Positions 1 through 12,106 of a DNA stretch of 64,000 bases are shown here, piece by piece (the stretch's first letter is position 1; each line of letters starts with the position of its first letter). Source of the stretch: Strigamia acuminata. Lineage: Eukaryota. Under the pieces are notes generated by a model, which saw only the letters and a program-made list of their open reading frames with translations, was not told where the DNA came from and searched no databases. The stretch spans positions 3,968,001 through 4,032,000 of the forward strand of contig OX442314.1 in NCBI GenBank assembly GCA_949358305.1, in the 5' to 3' direction. The position numbers and the translations under genes are program-made.

Positions 1-232
1 TTTATGAATTTTCGACAAAATTTAGATAATATTTATGAATTTTCGGCAAAATTGTGATAATATTTATGAATTTTCGACAAAATTGTGATAATATTTATGA
101 ATTTTCGACAAAATTGTGATAATATTTATGAATTTTCGACAAAATTGTGATAATATTTATGAATTTTCGGCAAATTTGTGATAATATTTATGAATTTTCG
201 ACAAAATTGTGACAATCTTTACGAATTTTCAG
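1..232. repeat. Intronic ~33-bp tandem repeat (TTTATGAATTTTCGACAAAATTGTGATAATA-type)
   Basis: About 7 directly visible copies, in the Sos intron. Confidence 0.9.
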
Positions 233-349
233 CAAAATATTAAAGAATTTTCTTAGATTTGTTGAGATTTACCTCAAATCTGTAACGTTTTGAAAAAGAT
301 TTAGCTAAAATTTCTCCATTATTTATAGAAATATATCGAAATTTTCCCA

Positions 350-990
350 AATTCATCAAAAAATTCATCAAAATTCATCAAAAATGACTCAAATTTTGTC
401 TAAATTCATCAAAAATGACTCAAATTTTGTCTAAATTCATCAAAAATGACTCAAATTTTGTCTAAATTCATCAAAAATGACTCAAATTTTGTCTAAATTC
501 ATCAAAATAGACTCAAATTTTGTCTAAATTCATCAAAATGATTCAAATTTTGTCTAAATTCATCAAAAATGACTCAAATTTTGTCTAAATTCATCAAAAT
601 TCATCAAAATAGACTCAAATTTTGTCTAAATTCATCAAAATGATTCAAATTTTGTCTAAATTCATCAAAAATGACTCAAATTTTGTCTAAATTCATCAAA
701 AATGACTCAAATTTTGTCTAAATTCATCAAAATGATTGAAATTTTGTCTAAATTCATCAAAAATGACTCAAATTTTGTCTAAATTCATCAAAATTCATCA
801 AAATAGACTCAAATTTTGTCTAAATTCATCAAAATGATTCAAATTTTGTCTAAATTCATCAAAAATGACTCAAATTTTGTCTAAATTCATCAAAATTAAT
901 CAAAAATGACTCAAATTTTGTCTAAATTCATTAAAAATGACTCAAATTTTGTCTAAATTCATCAAAAATGACTCAAATCTCATCAAAACA
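350..990. repeat. Intronic ~32-bp tandem repeat (AAATTCATCAAAAATGACTCAAATTTTGTCT-type)
   Basis: Many near-identical copies visible. Confidence 0.9.
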
Positions 991-1168
991 TCCCCAATTC
1001 CTAAAAAAAAAAAAAATTTTCCAAAAAAAATTTCCAAATTTCTCGACATTCCTACAAAACATCCGAAACATTACAAAAACCACACGAAAAACACGCCAAT
1101 CTCATCAAATTCATCAATTCGAGCGCCACCTTCGCCGAACCACCCACTCCAAGCATGAAAAAACGCAC

Positions 1169-1636
1169 TTTTTGTAGCAAAGGATGAATTTTTTCCATAG
1201 GAAATACTAAAGGGTTCTTCTTCTTCCCTTTCTCGATAGCGGACTGAGCCTCGCTTATCGCCCACTTCTCGATCGGGTGAGGGAAAGTTCGTTGAACACG
1301 GTCTTCCACATCGGACACTTGATGCGGCTGAGCAGCACACAACATCCCCAGCAACTTGAGCACCAAACTCTCCACGTACTCCAGCGCATCTTCCTTGGCC
1401 GTCAGCGTCGAATGCACTTGATACTGCACCTTGAAAAACACGAAAAAGAAAGGACGAAAAAACGCAAAAAATTAAAATCCAAATTCAACAAATTGTCGTC
1501 GCACGTCGCTCGACCAATCAGGTTCGCCTACTTGTTTGAGAGCATTCACGAAAAGTCCTTTCCATTTGAGCGCATTCGCCTCGTTTTCGAAATCGTAGGG
1601 ACCTTGCTCGCAAATGGCGGTGGAGGCGGAAAACAT
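1169..1636 (-). CDS. Sos: Son of sevenless Ras-GEF, first two coding exons (N-terminal histone-fold domain); the gene continues left of the window
   Basis: Exons 1636-1532 and 1429-1169 with GT-AG, phase-0 junctions. Translation [29 protein letters not shown]...[19 protein letters not shown]...[17 protein letters not shown] matches the N-terminus of SOS1. Confidence 0.95.
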
Positions 1637-3413
1637 GTCCAAAGTGGGGTGTGCAGTGCACTTGACCGCTTTCTCCTCATGTGTCCGCCATGATGACGGC
1701 TCAAGGGCTGAACGGCTCAACGACCAGTCGGGGGGTGCGCTCTGCGCCCAACAAATCAATTCGGCGCGCGAGCACGGATTAGTCGCTTCGGGTGCGCAGT
1801 TTCGTCCGGGTGTCGTTGCTGCTCGCGGAATCGAGTACACGGAAAGTGTTCAATTTCTTCCGCATGCCGATAACGTTGAATTATTACTTCTTATTAGTCG
1901 GTTCGAGAATACGCGCACTGCGCAGCTTGTGCGCGCACTTTTGCGTGTGGTCTGACACCGCGTGACGGTTTATCGAACTAGATTGTTATAAAATCAAATG
2001 TAAAACAAAATATAAAATATATATTTTAGAATTTTAGAATTTAAATTTTAAAAAAAAAATAAAAAAAATTTAAATATAATAAAATAAAGCGTGAATTTTA
2101 ACAGCTATTTTGTTTATTTATTTAGGCCTATTTCGTAAAGTACATTGTTTTCTGTTATTCCTTAACGTATTTGGATAAAATATTATTGCACAAAGAGAAA
2201 AAAAACCAATTAGAGTGAGAGTTCGAAATATCACATAAATATAAAATAAAAAAATGCTACATATTCGATTTCGAGATCACATCATCACGTCTTGGATATA
2301 CATAGCGGCCATTTTGAAAAATAAAAACTTGAATTTCTCCATTTTAAAATAACAAATCAAGTAAAAACCTGAGTCTGAATCAACAAAAATATGCTCTCAA
2401 CCCCCTAGAAACGAGTTTTCGCATTGCACGGACTCGGAACGTAAAAATATTACAAAGAAATAACAAATAACAAAACACAAACTGGCATTTTAGCTCACAA
2501 CACGAAAACAGGAGAGAAAATAATCGTCCAATCTTCGTCAACGGAATGAAAATATCAAACAGAAGCACCAACATTATACCGAAAACATGACACGACATTA
2601 ATCTTTGGTATATTTTGCTGTATGTCACAGTTACGAGCAAAAATACAAATCAAATTGGCATCTAAACATCGAACAATTCCAACTGTGACAAGAAAAAAGC
2701 ACAAAAATTGGATTTTTTTTCCAAACACTTTTTAAGTTGAGATCACAAATCTGCGATAAAGCTTACATATTTGATCGTAATATATAATTTTATATTTTTA
2801 TATCATAAAACACGCGTTTAAGTATGTTTTGGCAACACTTTTTTACTCTTCAAGATGATATTTAAACAAAATTCAACAATATGATATTTACAGTAATGCA
2901 ACAACAGATGATCGATTGATTAAATAAATAAATAAATAATACTATAATTGGTCAAGATTTAAGAGTTCGAATTAATAAATAATTTCAAAATTTTCTTCTT
3001 TTTTTTTTTTTTTAGTAAAAAATCATCTTTATCAAACATTACTCCGTATTCAATTATTATTATGCTTGTTTAAGTATTTAACAAAACGAATTGAGATTTA
3101 AGACATTTAAATGCACAGAGAACAGGTAAATCCCTAGAACCAAGAAGGATTTCGATCTAAGACGGGGATTCTTCGAGATGGTTTAAGAGTTTATGTCCAA
3201 TCGAGCGAACGTTTGAGTGCAGTGACAACGACGACGACGCGGATCGTTGAAATGAGTCGCAGCACTGATGAACACGTTTATTCATATATAATATTCGCAC
3301 TCGGAGTAATTTCTCATTAATAATTGTTCCGTTTAATAACCTAAAAGAAAACAAAGGTTATTTATTTATTTTAAGTGAATTATTTTTTAATAAGGGTTTC
3401 ATTAATAGAAGCG

Positions 3414-4188
3414 ATTTTGTAATTTTGCAATTTTGTAATTTTGCAATTTTAGCAATTTTGCAATTTTGAAATTTTAGCATTTTTGTAATTTTGCTATTTT
3501 AGCAATTTTGTAATTTTGCAATTTTGCAATTTTAGCAATTTTGTAAAGTTTACAATTTTAGCAATTTTATAAAGTTTCCTATTTTAGCAATTTTGTAATT
3601 TTGCTATTTTAGCAATTTTGTAATTTTGCAATTTTAGCAATTTTGCAATTTTGAAATTTTAGCATTTTTGTAATTTTGCTATTTTAGCAATTTTGTAATT
3701 TTGCAATTTTGCAATTTTAGCAATTTTGTAAAGTTTACAATTTTAGCAATTTTATAAAGTTTCCTATTTTAGCAATTTTGTAATTTTGCTATTTTAGCAA
3801 TTTTGTAATTTTGCTATTTTAGCAATTTTGTAATTTTACAATTGTGTAATTTTAGCAATTTGGTAAAGTTTGCTGTTTTAAAAATTTTGAATTTTTGGTA
3901 ATTTAGTAATTTTGCTATTTTAGCAATTTTGTAGTTTGCTATTTTAGCAATTTAGCAATTTTGAAATTTTTGCAATTTTGTAATTTTGCTATTTTAGCAA
4001 TTTTGTAATTTTGCTATTTTAGCAATTTTGCAATTTTAGCAATTTTGAAATTTTAGCAATTTTAGCAATTTTGAAATTTTAGCAATTTTGAAATTTTAGC
4101 ATTTTTGTAATTTTGTAATTTTGCAGTTTTAGCAATTTTGAAATCTTAGGAAATTTGTAATTTTGCTATTTTAGTAATTTTGCAATTT
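3414..4188. repeat. Low-complexity tandem repeat (ATTTTAGCAATTTTGTAATTTTGC variants)
   Basis: Directly visible degenerate array. Confidence 0.85.
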
Positions 4189-5190
4189 TGGACCTGGCGA
4201 AAACCGACTCTGTGATCAATTTTTATCAATTTTTTGTTTCCGCAAACAATAAAGTACATACATAATGCTAATGACCAATTACGGGAACAAATCGGTTTCA
4301 TCAACACCCACGTGCGACTAAATTTGACAGCATCAAAAATGATCGATTTTACAATTAACACAAAATCACAAAATTACACAACCTCAATGAAACCCTTTAA
4401 TATTGATTTCACTTTGTCGTTTTTTCGTCGTTCACGTTTGGCCCGCTCACGCAATAATATCATCAAAAACCTGCAAAAAAAAATAAACAAAATTGATCGC
4501 ACGTTTACAAAATTAACCAAATCAATAATAACCAATTCAATTTCCAAACGTTTTCTCCGAATTTCTCGCAAAAATCCAACATTTTAGGTGTGCTAAGCTT
4601 ATTTCGGTTTCCCTCTGGCGTCAACAAATGGAAGTTCTTACACTTTTACAATTTACAAGTTCAGGGAAGATGAAAATCAAAATTTTCAAGTAGATTTTAA
4701 AAATGGGAGACATAGTTCGGTCTAAAATATCAATTTATCCGCAGAATTTATCACACTTTGATCCGTTGCAATTTCAAAATCAACATTTCCCAATCCGGCG
4801 TACAACAGCACGCTCGCAGCGGCGGTTTGTCGAAACTTACTGTTAGGCGAATCTAAACGAACGTACGATGGGGATAAATGCAGTCGAATCTTATTTTTCT
4901 TTTATTACTGGACAAATTCATCTAAATCAGGCACTTGGGGTGGGGTTTAGTTTGAATTTTCGTCGAATAAACACACGCACGGGTCGATTAATCGGTGCTG
5001 GCAACTGAAAACGTTGGCACGGTCGAGCATCGTCCTCGTTGTCGTTGTCTCGGCCATTCTCTCTCGTTCTCTCTCTCGCGGCGAATCCCAGAAGCTTGTG
5101 TAGGTGGGTGAGGTGATGTAGGTGGAGGAGCAGCTACTGATGAAGATTGGTCGAATCCCACCCACACGGAAACTACATATGCGCAACTAT

Positions 5191-5341
5191 TTAAGTCAGA
5201 TTGTCTTGAGTCTTTAGTTGTTGTTGTTGTTTCGACTCGTCAGCTGCTTGGGTTAGCAGCTGATGGGAAGAACTGGTTCGGATCGGATCAAAATCATCGT
5301 CGTCATCATCATCATCGGTGCCAGCCATTTTGTTTTGCCTC
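5191..5341 (-). CDS. Putative downstream exon of the 813-aa gene (RQNKMAGTDDDDDDDFDPIR...QDNLT*); may instead be 3' UTR
   Basis: TTTCATTTCAG acceptor at 5342-5343 followed by a 50-codon open frame in phase 2, matching the phase of upstream donors after 6692 and 6749. Confidence 0.4.
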
Positions 5342-5451
5342 CTGAAATGAAAACAAATTCGATTAGAATATCAGAAAAAACAACAAAATGGATTTTTTTT
5401 TTAAAAGAATAAAAATAGTTTTTGTTTTGTAACATTTGCATGCTAAATTGA

Positions 5452-6590
5452 GTTTATGATTGCAAAAAGGCAGTTTCTAAGCGCAAAAATGGATTTATGA
5501 TTGCAAAAATGCATTTATGATTGCAAAAATGCATTTATGATTGCAAAAATGCAATTTTTAAGCGCAAAAATGCATTTTTTAAGCGCAAAAATGCATTTTT
5601 TAAACGCAAAAATTCACTTTCCAAGCGAAAAAATAGATTTATGATTGCAAAAATGCATTTTCTAAGCGCAAAAATGCACTTTCTATGCCCAAAAAGACAT
5701 TTTCTAAGCGCAAAAATGCATTTATGATTGCAAAAATGCATTTTCTAAGCGCAAAAATGTATTTTCTAAGTGCAAAAATGCAATTTTTAAGCGCAAAAAT
5801 GCATTTTTTAAACGCAAAAATTCACTTTCCAAGCGAACAAATAGATTTATGATTGCAAAAATGCATTTTCTAAGCGCAAAAATGCACTTTCTATGCCCAA
5901 AAAGACATTTTCTAAGCGCAAAAATGCATTTATGATTGCAAAAATGCATTTTCTAAGCGCAAAAATGCGTTTTCTAAGCGCAAAAATGCATTTTCTAAGC
6001 GCAAAAATGCGTTTTCTAAGCGCAAAAATGTATTTTCTAAGTGCAAAAATGCAATTTTTAAGCGCAAAAATGCATTTTTTAAGCGCACAAATTCACTTTC
6101 TAAACGAAAAAATGTATTTTCTAAGCGCAAAAAAGGATTTATGATTGCAAAAATGCATATTTGATTGCAAAAATGCAATTATGATTGCAAAAATGCAATT
6201 ATGATTGCAAAAATGCAATTATGATTGCAAAAATGCAATTATGATTGCAAAAATGCAATTATAATTCCAAAATTGCAATTATGATTGCAAAAATGCAATT
6301 ATAATTCCAAAATTGCAATTATGATTGCAAAAATGCAATTATAATTCCAAAAATGCACTTTCTACACGCAAAAATGCACTTTCTAAGCACAAAAGGGCAT
6401 TTTCTAAGCCCATAAAGACATTTTCTAAGCCCAAAAAGGCATTTTCTAAGCACAAAAATACATTTTCTAAGCACAAAAATACATTTTCTAAGCACAAAAA
6501 TACATTTTCTAAGCACAAAAATACATTTTCTAAGCACAAAAATACATTTATGATTGCAAAAACGCATTTTTAAATGCAAAAATGCATTTT
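5452..6590. repeat. Intronic ~21-bp tandem repeat (TGCAAAAATGCATTTTCTAAGC variants)
   Basis: Visible array; it explains the repetitive ORFs in the track. Confidence 0.9.
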
Positions 6591-6699
6591 CTTAGATAAA
6601 CATATTTTTTTTCCCACATAAAACAAAGATAAATCCACTTTTCTATTTCCAAACTACAAAAACGCACCCGCAACTGCCAACTCCAACTCACCCTATCCT

Positions 6700-9141
6700 T
6701 TAGATGCCATTTCTGTCATCCCCATTATGAGGAAAAAAGACATGACACCGATCAAAAGTGCCCGTACTCGGCGAGGTCGAATGTTCGCTGCACGTGTGGG
6801 CGTCCGTAAACTCCCCCGTCGTATCGTGTTCGCACTCGCTCTCCTCCGACCCGTTGCTAACCAACAGCAGCGGATCGCGTCCATCCAAACTATCCCCAAA
6901 CCCCCAAACCTCCCCCGAACTCGTCGACTCCACCGTCGCCGACCGCCTCGGCGCCTCCAAACTCACCGAGTCCTGCGAAGGCATCTGCGTGCTCCTGCTC
7001 CTCCTCTCCTCCACGCTCCCCTCCTGCGACGGCATCTGCGTCGCCCGATCCCGGGCCCACGTCGCCCCGCAGCTCGTCTGACTGCTCGCGTCCGCCGGCG
7101 GCGTCTTCACCCCGTTCGCCTTCACCTTATGGCACTCGCACTTGCACTCCTCCGCGCCCCCGACCGTCGGCGAAAACCTCCGCGAGTCGAACATCAAGTC
7201 GCTCCGCTCCAAATCCGCCTCCGAGACGCGTTTCTCGCTCACTTCCGGCGCGCGCGCCACCTCCGGCGCGTTCTCGAACGTCACCCACGACGTCGTCGCC
7301 ACTTCCTCCTCGTCTTTCCGGCGCGCGCGGGGGCTGTGCAGCGCCTCCTGGCAGAAATCCTGCCAGTTCTTCACCGCCATCATCTTGCGCGGGCTTCTCC
7401 CCCGGCCGCCGAACTCCTCCCCGGGGAGGGAAACCTTCAGCTTCGGCTCCGCGTCCGCCTGCGCGCGCTCCGGCGGCGGCGAGGCCGTCTGCATGAACGC
7501 CTCGATCGAGGTGACGCTCAACGGAGTGGAACTACGCGGTCGGTCGATCGGCGTCGTCGTCAAGTCCACGAGTCGCTGGCGACGGATCGGCGGCGCCGCG
7601 CGTCGCTCCGCCACCGACGACTGCGGCGGCGGGACCGGCGCATACTCCTCGTACTCGCCGCTCTCCTCCGTGATCAGCGTCTCGACCTCGTAGTCCTCGC
7701 TCGTCGGCCGTTTCTTCAGCGACACCGGATCGAAGTCCGTCTCCTGCTCCGAGCCCGACGAAATCCGCTCGTCCGACGTCGACTTTCCGCCCACTTTAAC
7801 CTCGCTCAGACTCCCCGGATGTTTAGCACTCTCCTCCTCGCCCACCACCGCGTCCCCCCTGTCCAGCGGCCGCTTCGAGCGCCTCTCCTGCGCCGCAAAA
7901 GCCGCCGCCACCGTCTGCGCCTCCTCCTCCGCCTCCTCCACGGGTCCCTTCGCGTCCACGTACACCTCGACGGCCTCCTCGTGCTTCCCGTTCGCCAGCG
8001 CGGCCACCTCCGACGGCTCCGACGGCAGCTCCAACGGCTCCTCGTCGTCCAGTAAATCGCACAAATGCGAATGCAAACTGATCTCGCGCGACGTCCACCC
8101 GGTCGAAGCGATCTCGACCGGCACGTCGACCGACGTGGCCTGGAGCGTGAGCTTCACCTGCGCCAGTTTCTTGTCCCCGGCTTTCTTAAACAGACTCGAG
8201 AACACATTCCGGTTGGTTGCCTCCTTCTGGCCCTTATCGGGGCCCTGTACGGGGCCCTGCGGGGGGCCCTGGGCCTCCTCGGGCGTGCGGCGCATCTTGG
8301 CCGCCTCTTTATCCTTCCCGCCCTTGAAGAAGAGGCTCAGGCTGCCCTTGCGCGAGTTGGGGGACACGGCGCGCTCGTCGGGGCTCTTTCGGCCGCCCAG
8401 CTTGAAGAGGTTCGTGAACGAGGTCTTTCGGGGCGATTTGGGCGACGCGGGCGACCCGGGCTCGCTCTCGTCGCGGTGCTTGAAGAAGGAGAAGAAGCGG
8501 CGCGGCGAGTTGGGCGACGGCGTGCGCGAGGGGGTGCGCGACGACTGTCCGGACGTGAGCGAAGACTTCTTGTTGGGCGCCGCGCGCGGAAGACACTCGG
8601 GGGTGGCGGCGCGCTCGGGGAGGGAGGAGGCGAGCGCCTCGGCCGCCTCCGCGCCGCGCACGTCGTCCATGAAGGAGGATGACTTTGAGTTTTTGAGGTT
8701 TGCCGCGCGGGGGCGCTCGCGGACGGGGGGCGGCGGCTGCAGCACTTGGAAGGTGACCTGCAGCGGGGCCGCCGCTTGGGCTTCTTCGGCTAGCGACTGT
8801 CGTGAACCCTCGTGGCTGAACTCGGCGCTGCCGCCGGTCGTGGCCCCTTCGTCCCAGCTGGGGGGAAACGAGTCGACGCGGGGGGTGGTGGTGGAACTCA
8901 GGTCGGCACCGGGGGTGAGCGGCGAGGGCGTGGAGGAGGCGTCGAGGACGCGGGGAGTGCTGGGGGTGGCCGCGTCGGCGTGGAGTTTGAGCTCTTCTTC
9001 GATCTCGGGGAGAGGATGGCAGTTTTTCTCGGTGGGGCTTTCGATTTCATCGCTGAGATCCTCGAAGGAGGCGAGTGGGGCGGGGCCTTCGCGGCGTTGA
9101 GTCGAAGGGTAGCTGCAGCGTTTGGGTGCTCGCTCGGCCAT
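6700..9141 (-). CDS. Uncharacterised 813-aa Ser/Pro/Glu-rich, probably disordered protein encoded by one large exon
   Basis: 2.4-kb open frame with GCCATGG start context and the same GC-rich codon style as neighbouring genes. Contains repeated SP..F..LFK motifs; no domain recognised. Confidence 0.8.
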   Translation of the reverse strand: MAERAPKRCSYPSTQRREGPAPLASFEDLSDEIESPTEKNCHPLPEIEEELKLHADAATPSTPRVLDASSTPSPLTPGADLSSTTTPRVDSFPPSWDEGATTGGSAEFSHEGSRQSLAEEAQAAAPLQVTFQVLQPPPPVRERPRAANLKNSKSSSFMDDVRGAEAAEALASSLPERAATPECLPRAAPNKKSSLTSGQSSRTPSRTPSPNSPRRFFSFFKHRDESEPGSPASPKSPRKTSFTNLFKLGGRKSPDERAVSPNSRKGSLSLFFKGGKDKEAAKMRRTPEEAQGPPQGPVQGPDKGQKEATNRNVFSSLFKKAGDKKLAQVKLTLQATSVDVPVEIASTGWTSREISLHSHLCDLLDDEEPLELPSEPSEVAALANGKHEEAVEVYVDAKGPVEEAEEEAQTVAAAFAAQERRSKRPLDRGDAVVGEEESAKHPGSLSEVKVGGKSTSDERISSGSEQETDFDPVSLKKRPTSEDYEVETLITEESGEYEEYAPVPPPQSSVAERRAAPPIRRQRLVDLTTTPIDRPRSSTPLSVTSIEAFMQTASPPPERAQADAEPKLKVSLPGEEFGGRGRSPRKMMAVKNWQDFCQEALHSPRARRKDEEEVATTSWVTFENAPEVARAPEVSEKRVSEADLERSDLMFDSRRFSPTVGGAEECKCECHKVKANGVKTPPADASSQTSCGATWARDRATQMPSQEGSVEERRSRSTQMPSQDSVSLEAPRRSATVESTSSGEVWGFGDSLDGRDPLLLVSNGSEESECEHDTTGEFTDAHTCSEHSTSPSTGTFDRCHVFFPHNGDDRNGI

Positions 9142-9364
9142 GGCAGCTCACGATGGTTTCTTGTTTTTCGTTTGGCTTTTGATGTTTGTTTTTGTTTGGT
9201 TTACATTGTGTGGTCCGCGGTGGTTGGCTTTCTCTGTGGGATAGATGATAAGGTGCGATTAGTTGAGGGTTTGGAATTGAGCGAATTTTTCCGGGCTTAA
9301 TTGGCGTTAATTATTGTGGGATTCGTGAGGGTTTTTTTTTTTTATGGAAATTTGTTGGGTGGTT

Positions 9365-10270
9365 AGATTTTGTTGGTTTTTGTCGAATTTTTGTTGGTTT
9401 TTGTTAAGATTGTGGTATTTTTTGTTAAAAGTTTGTTGTTTTTGTCGAAATTTTGTCAAAATTTCTTAGATTTTGTTGATGTTTTTCACGATTTCTTAGA
9501 TTTTGTTGATTTTTGTCGAAATTTCTTAGGTGTTGTTAATAATTTCATAAGTTTTGACGTTAATTATTATGAGTCGTCTGGTTTTGTAGAAATTTGTCAA
9601 AAATTTCTACATTTTGTTAATTTTTGTCAAAATTTTGGTATTTTTTGTTAAAGGTTTGTTGTTTTTGTCAAAAGTTTGTTAATTTTTGTCAAAAGTTTGT
9701 TAATTTTTGTCAAAAGTTTGTTAATTTTTGTCAATATTTTGTCAAAATTTCTTAGATTTTGTTGATATTTTTCACGATTTCTTAGATTTTGTTGATTTTT
9801 GTCGAAATTTCTTAGGTGTTGTTAATAATTTCATAAGTTTTGACGTTAATTATTATAAGATTCGTCTGGTTTTGTAGAAATTTGACAAAAATTTCCTACA
9901 TTTTGTTATTTTTTGTCAACATTTTGTTGGTTTTTGTCAAAATTTTGGTATTTTTTGTCAAAATTTTGGTATTTTTTGTTAAAAGTTTGTTGTTTTTGTC
10001 AAAATTTTGATAATTTTGTCAATATTTTGTCAAAATTTCTTAGATTTTGTTGATATTTTTCACGATTTATTCGATTTTGTCAAAATTTTGTCAAAATTTC
10101 TTTGATTTTCTGGATATTTTTCACAATTTCTTAGATTTTGTTGATTTTTGTCAAATTGTTTTAGATATTGTCAATAATTTCACAATTTTGACGTTAATTA
10201 TTATAAAATTCGTCTGGTTTTCTAGAAATTTGTCAAAAATAACCTAAATTTTGATAATTTAGTCAAAATT
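9365..10270. repeat. Degenerate T-rich tandem repeat (TTTTGTCAAAATTT.../TTCTTAGATTTTGTTGAT)
   Basis: Visible internally duplicated low-complexity array. Confidence 0.75.
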
Positions 10271-11188
10271 TCTACAAAATTTCATACATTTTCTTCATTT
10301 TCCTTAAAAATTACTTAAATCTTCTTGATAATCCTTCAAAATACCTCACCATTCCTCACATTTTCTTCATTTTTCCAAAAATCAATTAAAAACTTCCCAA
10401 ACAATTCCTCAAAAAAACCCCCAAAATTCTATACAAAAATTAAAAAACCCACCAAAACAATTTAAAAAAAATCACAACAAAATCCAACAAAATCCAACAA
10501 CAAAATCCAAACATCCAAACAATTCCACAAATCCATTTCCACATCCCATCAATCATTAAACGACCAATCCAATCCAGTACCAACCAGAATCCAAGTCGTT
10601 TTCAATTCAATTTTCTTCTCTTCTTCTTCTAAAAATAAAAAAATAAAAAAATAAAAAATAAAAAAATAAAAAATAAAAAAAAATACCAAACACCCAAAAA
10701 AAACTCACAACCAATCATGCAACTCTTGGTCACCGCCGACCATTACACAACACGAACGAAACGAAACGAAACGAAACGACTCGCGGAAGAATGTGCGAAA
10801 ATAAAAGCAATGAGAAGCGGACAACCTGTTACTAACGTGTTACGTCAGTCAAACAATTGTCTCGTTGCGAATACAATAGCTCGAGAAAATACAGACAGAA
10901 TAGTTGCTCTATTTGCACTCTGATCGGCCGTTTTGCTCACGTTTAATCCGACGACGCGAAAACCGAACACGGATTGATGCATCAAATGCAGACCAGTTGT
11001 GGGCGCAAAGGCTGAAACAGAAACGGGGCAGACAAAAAAAACAAATCAATTTTTAATCCTTGTGTTCCGACATCGATGCGTATACAAATGTGGTTTTAAA
11101 TAATTGATGTTGAGTAAAACATGCGTGGAAAACCGATTCGCTACTCGCCTGTAAACATCCGGCCCGAGTGTTATCGCAGTCCTCCATA

Positions 11189-11351
11189 ATGTCGGTCGCC
11201 ATGATGACGAAGACGCCGTCTGTGTTCAGTTTTGCGAGTCCGCGCAAAACGGGGCCGCAGTTTCAAAATGAAAACAGCGCGCTGGTCGCTGAAGAAATGT
11301 GCAAGAAATACGTTTTTAATGTCATGCTCATGTCGGATTCCGCCGTCGAAG
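11189..11351 (+). CDS. Candidate alternative first coding exon A of Nova (MSVAMMTK...MCKKYVFNVMLMSDSAVE)
   Basis: ATG-initiated frame ending GAA G|GTCAGT, phase 1, compatible with the Nova exon at 15182. Confidence 0.45.
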
Positions 11352-12106
11352 GTCAGTTTTGTTTATTTTGATTTTTTGGGGAGGGAATTTCGGGTTTTTT
11401 GCAACGGCGCTCCGAGGTGGGGACTCGGAATGTTGAGCGAGAAAACTTCCTGCGTGGGTTAGGGCGGGATGTAATTTATTTCGCGGGAATTGTGGGAGGG
11501 AAATGTGTTTTGTATTGTTTTTTATATTTGGGAAATGATTATTGTTTCCTTGTTTGTGATTTTATCGATATTTTTTCTTTTTAAAAAGGGGGTTTTTATC
11601 AATTTTTCCTTTTTTGGTGCTCAAAAGTGTGAATTTCCACGCAAAACGATCAAAAAACGCCATTTTTTCACCATTTTACTAACAAATCTCGCGATTGCCA
11701 CCCGGGCGCCAACTGTTTCCTTCGTAATGGATGCTGGGAAAACAGTGCCGGAGACATCTGGTGATGTAAATCGGCGATTACGCTAATGCCGCAAATATGC
11801 GGTCGTTGGCTGCAGCTGTTTTATATTTCATTCACCAGTTGTGATTTATTACATCCACGTCTCCCATTATTATTTAAAATACGTAATAGTAATAATAATA
11901 CTTTTTTTTTTAAAAAAAAACCAAATCCCAGCAGGTGTTTTTAAAATTAAAATTAAAAAAAAAAGAAAAAAAAATGATCTTTGATAAAATGGCGACTAAA
12001 AAAGCGCCGTAGCAACAGCGCAGTACACACAAATGTTCGCGCAGTAACTTTAGATGCCCGCATACGATGACGTAGCCTCGCATGTTGCATTATGAAAAGT
12101 GCGAAA

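Noticed and set aside
5521..6579. Several overlapping short ORFs
   Set aside because: Artefacts of the 21-bp repeat
6727..9100. Long + strand ORFs (442, 321 and 205 aa)
   Set aside because: Antisense shadows of a GC-rich coding exon
6700..9141. Assignment as stoned/stonin on the basis of WVxF motifs
   Set aside because: No mu-homology domain or DPF array; short motifs alone are insufficient
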